64,000 bases of DNA, from contig CAVSBT010000037.1 of assembly GCA_963726245.1 (NCBI GenBank), forward strand, positions 64,001 through 128,000. The letters are read 5' to 3'. Each line of letters starts with the position of its first letter. Within the stretch, counting starts at the first letter, position 1. A model generated the notes under the pieces. It saw only the letters and a program-made list of their open reading frames with translations, was not told the origin of the DNA and did not search any database. Shown here piece by piece: positions 1 through 8,098 of the stretch. The translations under genes and the position numbers were made by a program. The stretch is from an uncultured Chloroflexia bacterium (GTDB taxonomy: Bacteria; Chloroflexota; Dehalococcoidia; DSTF01; JALHUB01).

Positions 1-637
1 GGTAGTCCTCGCCCACCGCCCGTCGCACGGCGCGCAGCACCTCGACGTGAAAGCGCCGGCGTCCTTCGGGCGAGCCGCCCCACTCGTCCGTCCTGTGGTT
101 GGTCAGGGGCGACAGGAACTGGCTCATGAGGTAGCCGTGCGCCGAGTGCAACTGGACGGCATCGAATCCGGCCTCTTTGCCCCGCGCGGCGGCGGCGGCG
201 AAATCGGCCACGGTCGCCTCGATCTCGGCGGCGGTGAAGGCCCGATGGGGAAGCGGATACGACTCGACGTGGGAAGGCGCCAGGGCGACGCGGTCCGGGT
301 CCTGAAGCATCCCTGTCTGCATCCCCGCGTGCGCGATCTGGAGGGCTATCCTGGCGCCGTGGTCGTGGGCGACCCTCGCCAGGCGTCGCAGCCCCGCGAT
401 GTGGCGGTCTTCGGCGGCGCCGTACTGGCCGAGGGCGGCCTTCCCCTGCTCCGAGACGTAGGCATAGCCGGTGACGATGAGGCCCACGCCGCCGCGTGCC
501 AGGCCCTCGAAGAGCTCCACGGAGGCGTCGGTGACCTCGCCGTCGTCGGTCGCCGTGTGGTCCCAGGTGGCGGAGCGCAGGAAACGATTGCGCATCTCGA
601 GTCCGTCGATGGTAATCGGGTCGAAGGGGCTGGTCAT
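1..637 (-). CDS. NADH:flavin oxidoreductase (old yellow enzyme family), 5' part; runs off window
   Basis: Manual translation from ATG at 637: MTSPFDPITIDGLEMRNRFLRSATWD; RBS AAGGGAG upstream; absent from ORF track because it has no stop inside the window. Confidence 0.85.
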   Translation of the reverse strand, partial: MTSPFDPITIDGLEMRNRFLRSATWDHTATDDGEVTDASVELFEGLARGGVGLIVTGYAYVSEQGKAALGQYGAAEDRHIAGLRRLARVAHDHGARIALQIAHAGMQTGMLQDPDRVALAPSHVESYPLPHRAFTAAEIEATVADFAAAAARGKEAGFDAVQLHSAHGYLMSQFLSPLTNHRTDEWGGSPEGRRRFHVEVLRAVRRAVGEDY

Positions 638-671
638 AGTATCTCCCTTGGAATCTAAGAGGGGCCCGGCC

Positions 672-1151
672 TCACGCCTCAGGGCGGGCGAGCTCGTCAC
701 ATATCCTGCTGTCGAGCCAGTCGAAGGCTGCCTGGACCACGGTGTAGGCGCTCTCGTAGTCCTCTTCCCCGATGTCCAGCCCAGCATGCTCGGTGACGTA
801 CGTGCCGGCGTGTACCAGGTTCCTCGTCTTCTGGACCGCCGACGCGTAGTCGCCGACGTCTCCTGGAGCGGCAGGGAGCCATGTCATGTCCTTGCCCACA
901 TCAATTAGCTCGCCCAATGTCCATTTCTGGGGAGGCTTCGGCGCCCCCCTGTTGGTCTTGGGCACTCTGGCGGAGGCTCTCACGTTGTCTACCTGGCATT
1001 CCGCCATGAGAAGAAGCCCCGCCTCAAGCGCCGAGCCGAGCATGACACATCCCGCCAGGTATGCCCCAATCTGCCGGCACCTCTCGGCTTCGGCGCGGTA
1101 GAGGTCTACAAGCCGCCATACTTCCGTTGACTGTCGTGCGTCTGTCTCCAT
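672..1151 (-). CDS. Hypothetical helical protein with HEPN-like RNLVH motif
   Basis: 159 aa; GSALEA...WTLGELID...RNLVH pattern resembles DUF4145/HEPN-type proteins. Confidence 0.55.
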   Translation of the reverse strand: METDARQSTEVWRLVDLYRAEAERCRQIGAYLAGCVMLGSALEAGLLLMAECQVDNVRASARVPKTNRGAPKPPQKWTLGELIDVGKDMTWLPAAPGDVGDYASAVQKTRNLVHAGTYVTEHAGLDIGEEDYESAYTVVQAAFDWLDSRICDELARPEA

Positions 1152-1621
1152 GCTTCATGTCTCCCGTATCAGGTGGTGTGGGTCGCGAGTCAGGCCGCGC
1201 GGGACTCGCGGCGAAGCTCCTAGCGGAGTCCCGCATGTTCCATCGTCATGCTAACACCGGCGCCGGTGTGTGGACCACCTGGGGGGAGCGGGCATCGAGT
1301 CACTCCGCCTGGAGGCCCATCCCACTGCTGCCACAAGAAAGAGGAGCACCCTTGAGCTGGTGACTGGGGTGCTCAAGGGCGCGGGCGAGAGGACTGTGTG
1401 TGCTGGTGGCGGGGATTCATCCTCTCGCTACTAATACATTCGGCTATAACCCACTGTTTCCGTAGTCCCACGAGGATAGCGCAGACGCCGGGTTGAGACC
1501 ACGAATGGACGGTCCCGGAGGCCGCCGCTGGTGTTTCGCGGCAGGCACGCGCCGAGAACGAAGACGGGGCCGCAAAGGCCCGGTCTTGTCTACTGGCGCC
1601 GTCTAGGATATCGATGTCGCC

Positions 1622-1702
1622 TTACTTGGCGCTCGGCCCTTTCTTGGGCTTGTCCTGCTTAGGCTTCTTGACTTTCTTGCCGCCCTTATCCTTGCGTGCC
1701 AT
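1622..1702 (-). CDS. Small Lys-rich peptide (26 aa) MARKDKGGKKVKKPKQDKPKKGPSAK
   Basis: Manual translation; strong RBS GAAGGAGGG just upstream; imperfect hairpin at ~1561-1587 downstream. Confidence 0.55.
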   Translation of the reverse strand: MARKDKGGKKVKKPKQDKPKKGPSAK

Positions 1703-1724
1703 TGTGTCCCTCCTTCAGTTCTCG

Positions 1725-2378
1725 TCAGGATTGTAACAGGAGCCGGAGCCGCAGTCGAAGGGTTTTGACGCGCGGGTCGGCGCGTCGGACGCCGATAGCT
1801 GGATTGCCAACCTTCAGGATGTCCGCGTCACCGGCTTCTACCGGTATGGCGTCCCCCTGGCTCACATCAATGAAGTGAACGGAGAAGGCTCCAGGCTGTG
1901 GAATGTTGGTAGGTGCGGGGGTTGGGGCTACGGCCAGGGCCGTCACACAGACCCACACGGCGTCGAGGAAGTTCACCGTCAACAGGTCGCCGGCTTGCGG
2001 CGCGGCTGAGGAGAAGCCCTGGAATCGGTTCTGGGCAGCGTCGTAACGCCAGATGGACTGCAAGGCGCTGGACGGCTCAATGGCCTCGACCACGCTCTCG
2101 GTCGTCCAACCGGGGTGGGGGTGCCCCACTGGTGTCCGATTGGGGAAGGTGAGCGCGATGTTGTTGCAGCCCTCGTAGAGGGTCTTGGTAGAGCCAGGGG
2201 CCGGAAGTGTTATGGTGGCGACCTGCTGGGCGCTGAGTCGCGCGCTGATCGCCACACCGCCACCGCCTGCCTGCGCCGAGTAAACGCGGCCCGCCGCAGG
2301 CACCGACTCGAACAGGACCGCCCCGACCGTTGCTGCGGCCAGAACCCATCGAACCAGTCTCGTTGATGCACGCATCAC
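1725..2378 (-). pseudogene. Secreted protein with a truncated ComEC/Rec2-like metallo-beta-lactamase domain
   Basis: Signal peptide, PTPAPT linker, then FSVHFIDVSQGDAI (start of a ComEC-type MBL fold) that breaks off before the HxHxDH motif. Confidence 0.55.
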
Positions 2379-2589
2379 GAGCCTCCCCGTATATTCCTGG
2401 CGTCCACGATAGACAGCTCCGTTGGCGGGACGGTCAGAGGCGGGCTGCGTAGGAATATACCACGAATGTCAAGATTCTTCGCCGCGTCGGGGTTGCAGGG
2501 ATCTGCCCGGTTGTTCGCTCCCCTACCGGGACCAGCACGCGTCCGATGAGGGGGATCGGGTGTGGAAATGGTGACTGGCAGAGGACCCT

Positions 2590-2654
2590 TGGTGGGCGAT
2601 GCAGGCCTTGAACCTGCCTGCCGCCCGGCAGGCCTGTGGCCTTCTGGGTGTAGG
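2590..2654 (-). repeat. Degenerate tRNA-Val 3'-half copy R1 (att-like) with 20-bp palindromic insertion
   Basis: TGGTGGGCGATGCAGGCCTTGAACCTG[20 bp]TGGCCTTCTGGGTGTA aligns to 7923-7967. Confidence 0.8.
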
Positions 2655-2760
2655 GCGTTTCGGGGTAAGCGCTCTGCGGCGTCCCTTCGCCCGTATTGTT
2701 CGACACCTTGCGCGGGAGTAGATTGCATTCATGGAAAGTCACCCGAGAGCAAGGAGATAC

Positions 2761-4044
2761 ATGATGAAGCGCTGGACATTCGTCGCACTTATCCTTTTCC
2801 TCATGGCAGCCGGCCTCGTCGTGGCCGGCTGCTCGAGCTCGAAGGACGAAACATCGGGCCCGACGCCCGGCGGTCCGGTTCCCGGCGTCACCGACACCGA
2901 GATCCTGCTGGGGACGCACATGCCGCTGAGCCAATCGCCGGCCTCGGCCTGGGGCGTTGTCGCCGATGGCATGAGGGCCTACTTCGACTACATCAATTCT
3001 CAGGGTGGTATCTACGGCCGCAAGATCAAGCTGCTAGTCGGGGATGACCACTACAGCGCGCCGGACGCGGTGGAAGTCGTGCGGGGCCTGGTGGAGCAGG
3101 ACAAAGTCTTCGCGATCGTGGGCGGCCTCGGCGACTCGTCGCACCTCGCCGTCATGAGCTACCTTGAGGAGAACGGCGTGCCTGACCTGTTCATCGGAGG
3201 CGGCATGCCGGAGTTCACCGATCCCGTCGTGAAGACACGCTTCAGCATGGTGACCGACTACGACACCGAGGGGAAGATCAATACGGACTATATGAAAGAG
3301 CACTTCGCCGGCAAGACGTTAGGCATCATCTACGAGAATAACCAGGGCGGCTCGTTGGGCTTGCAGCGGACCAAGGAGGGATTGGCCGACTCAGACATCA
3401 AGATCGTCTCCGAGCAGGCTTACGATTTCGGGAATTTCGACCTCACTGCGCAGGTGCAGCGCCTGAAGGCCGACAACCCCGAGTTCGTCTACGTGATAGG
3501 GAACCCGGGCTCTCTGGCCAGCGCCTTGAAGGCGGCTCGCGAGACCCTTAGCTGGGATGTGCCGTTCATGACCAGCGCTGTCTCTGCCGTCGAGATGACG
3601 ATTGCGCTCGCCGGAGCCGCCAACGCCGAAGGTCTGATCAGCTTCACAACGGGCAGGATGATCTCTGAGACGGACGATCCGGGCGTGCAGCGCAACATCG
3701 AGCTGATGAAGCAGTTCGCGCCCAACGTCGAGCCGAGCAGCCTGACGGAGTACGGCATAAGCACCGCTGAGTTGGTCGTGCAGGCACTAAAGAACGCCGG
3801 CCCGAACCTCACACGCGAGAGCGTTGTCGATGGGGCGGAGCAGATCCGCGGTTACTGCTGCATCGCTTGCATTGCACCGGTCAACCTCAGCCCGACCGAC
3901 CACCGCCCCGACGAAGCAGAGTGGCCCGAGCAGGTGGTCGACGGGAAGTGGAAGCGCATGTCGGACACGCCGGTGAGCTACGAGTCGACGCCCAGCGACG
4001 TCACCGCGTGCGAGAACGGGGAGCCGGTGAACAAGGGCCAGTAG
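2761..4044 (+). CDS. Branched-chain amino acid-type ABC substrate-binding lipoprotein (orphan)
   Basis: Lipobox VAGC; PGVTDTEILLG...INSQGGIYGRKIKL..DD.Y (Peripla_BP_6-like); RBS AAGGAG; no permease or ATPase adjacent. Confidence 0.9.
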   Translation: MMKRWTFVALILFLMAAGLVVAGCSSSKDETSGPTPGGPVPGVTDTEILLGTHMPLSQSPASAWGVVADGMRAYFDYINSQGGIYGRKIKLLVGDDHYSAPDAVEVVRGLVEQDKVFAIVGGLGDSSHLAVMSYLEENGVPDLFIGGGMPEFTDPVVKTRFSMVTDYDTEGKINTDYMKEHFAGKTLGIIYENNQGGSLGLQRTKEGLADSDIKIVSEQAYDFGNFDLTAQVQRLKADNPEFVYVIGNPGSLASALKAARETLSWDVPFMTSAVSAVEMTIALAGAANAEGLISFTTGRMISETDDPGVQRNIELMKQFAPNVEPSSLTEYGISTAELVVQALKNAGPNLTRESVVDGAEQIRGYCCIACIAPVNLSPTDHRPDEAEWPEQVVDGKWKRMSDTPVSYESTPSDVTACENGEPVNKGQ

Positions 4045-4111
4045 GTTACGCCCTCGGCAACCGTGCCCTCCTAAACCGCGGTTGCGGTGACCTCAGCCGT
4101 GCAGGGTAGCC

Positions 4112-4227
4112 TGGTGAGCGATGCAGGGCTCGAACCTGCGACCTTCTGTGTGTAAAGCATCTGAGCCTGAGCGCTGTGCAACAGATTCAGCACCCCTGAG
4201 CGAAAACGCGGAAGTTATCATCTGGAA
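4112..4227 (-). repeat. tRNA-Val 3'-half copy R2 (4112-4156) plus conserved ~70-bp arm
   Basis: 45-bp match to the tRNA 3' half, then GCATCTGAGCCTGAGCGCTGTGCAACAGATTC...CGAAAACGCGGAAGTTATCATCTGGAA. Confidence 0.9.
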
Positions 4228-4365
4228 CGGGCGACAGTCGAGGTGCAACTAGCATGCCCGACTGGGAATGAGAAGGCCGCCCCTGAGGACGGCCCCTCGG
4301 CCACCTTCTACCCGATCTCCACGTATCAGCCGCCAGGGCACACACGGCCCCGGCAGCAATGGGCG

Positions 4366-4723
4366 CTATTGCTTCGCGTAGTTGCTCGCGCCGTTCCAAT
4401 CTACCAGCGACGACCGGCTCGTTCCCGACGACCCAAGCGTCGTGCCCAGACGGCATCGCCACTACTTCTCCCGGGCCAATCTCGAACTCGGAGCCATCCG
4501 CCATCAGAACGTGAAGGCGGCCCGAGAGCTGGTACTGGAAATGAGGCGCCTCACACCATTCCGTCTTGGCGATCGGCTTCACGTGTTTAGACCATCTCCA
4601 GCCAGGCTCTAGGGTGATCCGGCCGACGGTTCCGCCCCCAATGTTAATGACCTCCAGCCTTCCCTTCTCGAAGGTCCTCGTCTCGTCGGGCGACTTCAGG
4701 TCCTTCCGCTCGTAGCTTGCCAT
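4366..4723 (-). CDS. Cupin domain protein (one apparent frameshift near 4405)
   Basis: PDETRTF...EPGWRWS..VKP..T..C.APH...PSGHDAWVVG; the alternative frame gives VDWNGASNYAKQ*; RBS AGGAGGAG. Confidence 0.85.
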
Positions 4724-4891
4724 CGTCATTCTCCTCCTATGATGCGACGTTCTTGATGCGAACAGTGGGTAGCTTGTCGCTCAGCAGACTAGCGCCCCAT
4801 CTCGTGGCTATCAGCGTGGCCCTCCCGGTTGCAGCGGTCTTCCTGGAGAGATCAGCACAACACTCGACGCGCGGGTGTCTAACCGAAAGAA

Positions 4892-5200
4892 CTAGGAGCT
4901 GTACCTCTTGCCGATCGTCTCCAGTCCCGCCTTCCGGAGGTCTTCCGGAGTCATCGCAATCCGGAACTTCACGGTAGCATTGAAGCTGAGGAAGAATGGC
5001 TCCGCAAGGGCCGGTATCCTTGACGGCTCCGACACGTCAACGATCAGGACCGCCCCGCGAAAGCCATCCCGCTCGGTGAAGTAAACCGCTTCGGGCTTGA
5101 TATCTTCTAGCGCTTGCTGAATCTTTGCGCCGACGGTGCCGTTCCGGGTAAGGGTGTTGAAGGGTTCCACCGGAAAATCGACGAGCATTACCATGCGCAT
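4892..5200 (-). CDS. Small dimeric alpha+beta barrel-type protein (GYD/DUF3303-like)
   Basis: MRMVMLVDFPVEPFN...KPEAVYF...G.RG..LIVD...IPALAEPFF; RBS GGGAGG. Confidence 0.75.
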   Translation of the reverse strand: MRMVMLVDFPVEPFNTLTRNGTVGAKIQQALEDIKPEAVYFTERDGFRGAVLIVDVSEPSRIPALAEPFFLSFNATVKFRIAMTPEDLRKAGLETIGKRYSS

Positions 5201-5489
5201 GATTACGTCCTCCCATTCTGGCGTCCGACTGGCCGCCTCTCCTAAGCGTAGGGGTCGGATGTGAGGGGCACGTGAACGAGAACCGGTGCGCCGTGAAGAA
5301 AGCATGCAGAATGAAAGGTGAGTCGGCGATGGACCGGGGGGATCGGCTATTGGGCCGTTCCAGGCGCAGGCTGGCGGCTGGTTGCACGCTGTAATCCTCC
5401 GGGGTGCAACTGTCGCAGCCTCAAGCGTTCATTGAGTCAGAGAGGGCAGCCATCCCTCATAATCTGGAAAGTGAATCTGTTTGGAGTTC

Positions 5490-5604
5490 TGGTGGGCGAT
5501 GAGGGACTTGAACCCCCGGCCTTCTGTGTGTAAAGCATCTGAGCCTGAGCGCTGTGCAACAGATTCGGCACCCCACCGAAAACGCAGAAGTTATCATCTG
5601 GAAA
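5490..5604 (-). repeat. tRNA-Val 3'-half copy R3 (5490-5534) plus conserved arm
   Basis: 45-bp tRNA 3' half with variant T-stem; arm nearly identical to that of R2. Confidence 0.9.
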
Positions 5605-5674
5605 CGAAGGCTCTGAGACGGCCGCATTCGCCAAGGACCGGCCGTCGTATCGGGGGGAGCTTCTGCCTTATGGG

Positions 5675-7003
5675 CTAGCTTGCCCGCCAGCGCCTCCGGA
5701 CATACCATGCTGCGGCTGCGAGCACGACGAGCGCTGCTGCCGCTACCGCTACGACGACGTACTGCAAAGACGAGGAGCCACCGGCGGCAGACGAGGAGCC
5801 ACCAACGGCAGACGGCGAGCCACCAGCCGCAGACGGGGAGCCACGAACGGCAGATGGCGAGCCACCGGCCGCAGACGGCGAGCCGCCGACGGCAGAGGGC
5901 GAGCTACCGACCGCGGACGGCGAGCGGCTTGGGGCATGGGTAGGCGCGGGGGTTGATGTAGGGGTTGTAGGCGTGTCTTGGATCACCGACACGGTGCCGC
6001 TGCCTTGGTTCGCCACATAGATGCGGTTCGTGTTGGGGTTGACATCTACGGCCGCGGGGAAACTCCCGACCGCCACGGTGGCGACGACCTTGTTGCTGCC
6101 GCCGTCGATGATCGAGACGTTGTTGCTGTTCATGTTCGCCACGTAGATGAGGTTTGTGTTGGGGTTGACGGCCACGCTTTCGGGGCCGGTCCCAACCGCT
6201 ACGGCGGTGATGACCGTGTTGGTGGTGCCGTCGATGACGGAGACGTCGTTGCTGGCAAAGTTCGTCACGTAGATGCGGTTCGTGTCGGGGTTGACGGCTA
6301 CACTGGAAGGGTTAGTCTCGACAGGCACGGTGGCGACGACCGAGTTGGTGGCGCCGTCGATGACGGAGAGGTCTTTGCTGCCATAGTTCGTCACGTAGAT
6401 GTGGTTCGTGTTGGGGTTGACGGCCACGGCCAAGGGGAAACTCCCAGCCGCTGCGGTGGCGACGACCGTGTTGTTGGCACCGTCGATGACGGAGACGTTG
6501 TGCTGCCATATTCGGCGCGTAGATGAGGTTCGTGTTGGGATTGACGGCCACGCGCTGGGGGTAGCCATATTGGACCGCTACGGTGGCGACGACCGTGTTG
6601 CTGCCGCCGTCGATGACGGAGACGTTGTGCTTGTGCCACCGTTCGCCACGTAGATGTGGTTCGTGTTGGGGTCGACGGCCACGCCGTAGGGCATGGTGCC
6701 GACCACTATGGTGGCGACGACTGTGTTGCTGCCGCCATCGATGACGGAGACGTTGCCGCTGTCATAATTGGTCACAGTATTGGGCACGTAAATAAGGTTC
6801 GTGTTAGGATTGACGGCCACGCCGTCGGGCTTAGTCCCAACTGCTACGGTGGCGACCACCACCGGGCCGCCGCTGGCGCCGGCCGTTGGGGCCTGGCCGC
6901 CATGCGCGGAGATGATGCCTGCGCCCAAGGTGGCGATAAACGCAAGTAACAGCAAGTGAGGAAGGGTGGCTGTCTGAGCTTCTCGGGGACCGGCAAGGCG
7001 CAT
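5675..7003 (-). CDS. YVTN/YncE beta-propeller repeat surface protein with C-terminal TM anchor (frameshifted ~6500-6630)
   Basis: About 7 repeats of VAVNPNTN.IYV.N..S..VSVIDG; signal peptide; S/G/A linker; TM helix plus RRRWR tail; RBS AAGGAGG. Confidence 0.85.
5775..5921. repeat. Intragenic 21-bp tandem repeat x7 encoding a SPSA(V/A)GG linker
   Basis: GAGCCACCNNCGGCAGACGGC-like units. Confidence 0.85.
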
Positions 7004-7174
7004 CTGCAACCTCCTTGTTGGCACGGCCAGGCAGACATTTCAGAAACGAGCCACAAGCGCGGCAAGTATAGCGTTGTCCAAGCGTTTGTCAACCCTCTCC
7101 CCTGGACTGTGGTGATCTTGAGGCACGGAGGTAAACGGAAGTCAGAAGCTGGAAAGCGAATCTGGAGGGGGTTC

Positions 7175-7291
7175 TGGTGGGCGATGAGGGACTTGAACCC
7201 CCGACCTTCTGTGTGTAAACCATCTGGCGGTAAACGCTGTGCAACGGAATCGGGATGGGTGACCGAAAACGCGGAAGTTATCAGCTGGAAA
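7175..7291 (-). repeat. tRNA-Val 3'-half copy R4 (7175-7219) plus conserved arm
   Basis: 45-bp tRNA 3' half, then CCATCTG...CGCTGTGCAAC...CGAAAACGCGGAAGTTATCAGCTGGAAA. Confidence 0.9.
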
Positions 7292-7402
7292 ATGGGGCAT
7301 TAGTCGAGACTGCGACTAGTACCAGTGGAAGCTCTGCGCGATGGGGAGCGACGAGACAGCGTCGCCAGGGGACGATGGCGATTTAAGCAGGCGCATTTGC
7401 CG

Positions 7403-7430
7403 TTGACAGTCGGTGCATATGCATTACAAT
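7403..7430 (+). promoter_or_regulatory. sigma70-type promoter with palindromic spacer
   Basis: TTGACA-N16-TACAAT; spacer contains TGCATATGCA. Confidence 0.6.
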
Positions 7431-7496
7431 GCCGTCATCGGAAAGGGCTGGTACGGGCACTGCTTGGCCCGGGGGCGGGAGAACAAGGAGGGGTCA

Positions 7497-7796
7497 GTGC
7501 TGTTCGCAGACATCTACACCTACAAGGGGAACTTGGGCGAGGAGGACCAGAGGCGCATAATCAACCTCTTCACCAATTGGGCACCACCTGCCGGCGTAGA
7601 GATCAAATCGCACTACGAGTTTGCAGACGGCTCAGGCGGCCTCACCATCTCGGAGGTGTCGACGCCCGCCGCGCAGTACGAAGCATGCGCCGCCTGGTCC
7701 GCCTTCATGGACCAGAGGATAGTGCCGCTGCTCGATGTCACGGAATCCGTCCCTCTCGCAATGAAGGTAGGCGCCTGGCGGGATTCTGTGCGCTAG
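7497..7796 (+). CDS. DUF3303-like protein
   Basis: GTG start after AAGGAGGG; F..W.PPAGVEIK.HY.FADG.GG pattern. Confidence 0.75.
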   Translation: MLFADIYTYKGNLGEEDQRRIINLFTNWAPPAGVEIKSHYEFADGSGGLTISEVSTPAAQYEACAAWSAFMDQRIVPLLDVTESVPLAMKVGAWRDSVR

Positions 7797-7922
7797 TACC
7801 GAAGGGGTCAGTCAGCCTCGTCACCGAGTCACATGGGGTTGGGCCGCGGTCCGGCCCTTTCCGTTTCCAGGCTGTGGCTGAGGACGAGCCGTCCGGGTTC
7901 AGGCTAGAACCGGAGGTGGTTC

Positions 7923-7999
7923 TGGTGGGCGATGCAGGACTCGAACCTGCGCCCTTCTGTGTGTAAAACAGACGCTCTTGCCAACTGAGCTAATCGCCC
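7923..7999 (-). tRNA. tRNA-Val(TAC)
   Basis: GGGCGATTAGCTCAGTTGGCAAGAGCG-TCTGT-TTTACAC-ACAGA-AGGGC-GCAGG-TTCGAGT-CCTGC-ATCGCCC-ACCA; full cloverleaf with encoded CCA. Confidence 0.97.
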
Positions 8000-8018
8000 A
8001 CCCGCTGAGGGCAAGTGA

Positions 8019-8048
8019 ATCCTAGGCCAATCGAGCCGGGCCGGTCAA
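8019..8048 (-). promoter_or_regulatory. Putative tRNA-Val promoter
   Basis: TTGACC-N18-TAGGAT on the minus strand, ~20 nt upstream of the tRNA. Confidence 0.45.
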
Positions 8049-8098
8049 GGCGAGACGCAGCCCCACGTAGCGGCCACGCCTCTTCGCTGTCGTCAAAG

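Larger units (their letters stand above)
2590..7922. mobile_element. Tandem array of four integrase-less mini-islands/cassettes integrated at tRNA-Val
   Basis: Direct repeats of the tRNA 3' half start at 2590, 4112, 5490, 7175 and 7923 (spacing 1522, 1378, 1685, 748 bp). Confidence 0.75.

Noticed and set aside
1340-1430. Hairpins CCCTTGAGC/GCTCAAGGG and CGAGAGGA/TCCTCTCG as an ncRNA or a further att site
   Set aside because: No similarity to the tRNA core or arms and no second copy in the window; there is not enough support.
5437-5708. Short ORFs crossing the att repeats (e.g. WWAMRDLNPRPSVCK)
   Set aside because: They are translations of tRNA-derived sequence, and the arm has a 2-bp indel between copies R2 and R3.
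2590-7291. Repeats as a CRISPR array or as extra functional tRNA genes
   Set aside because: Spacing is 0.7-1.7 kb with whole genes between the repeats and no cas genes; the copies lack the D-arm and 5' acceptor strand.
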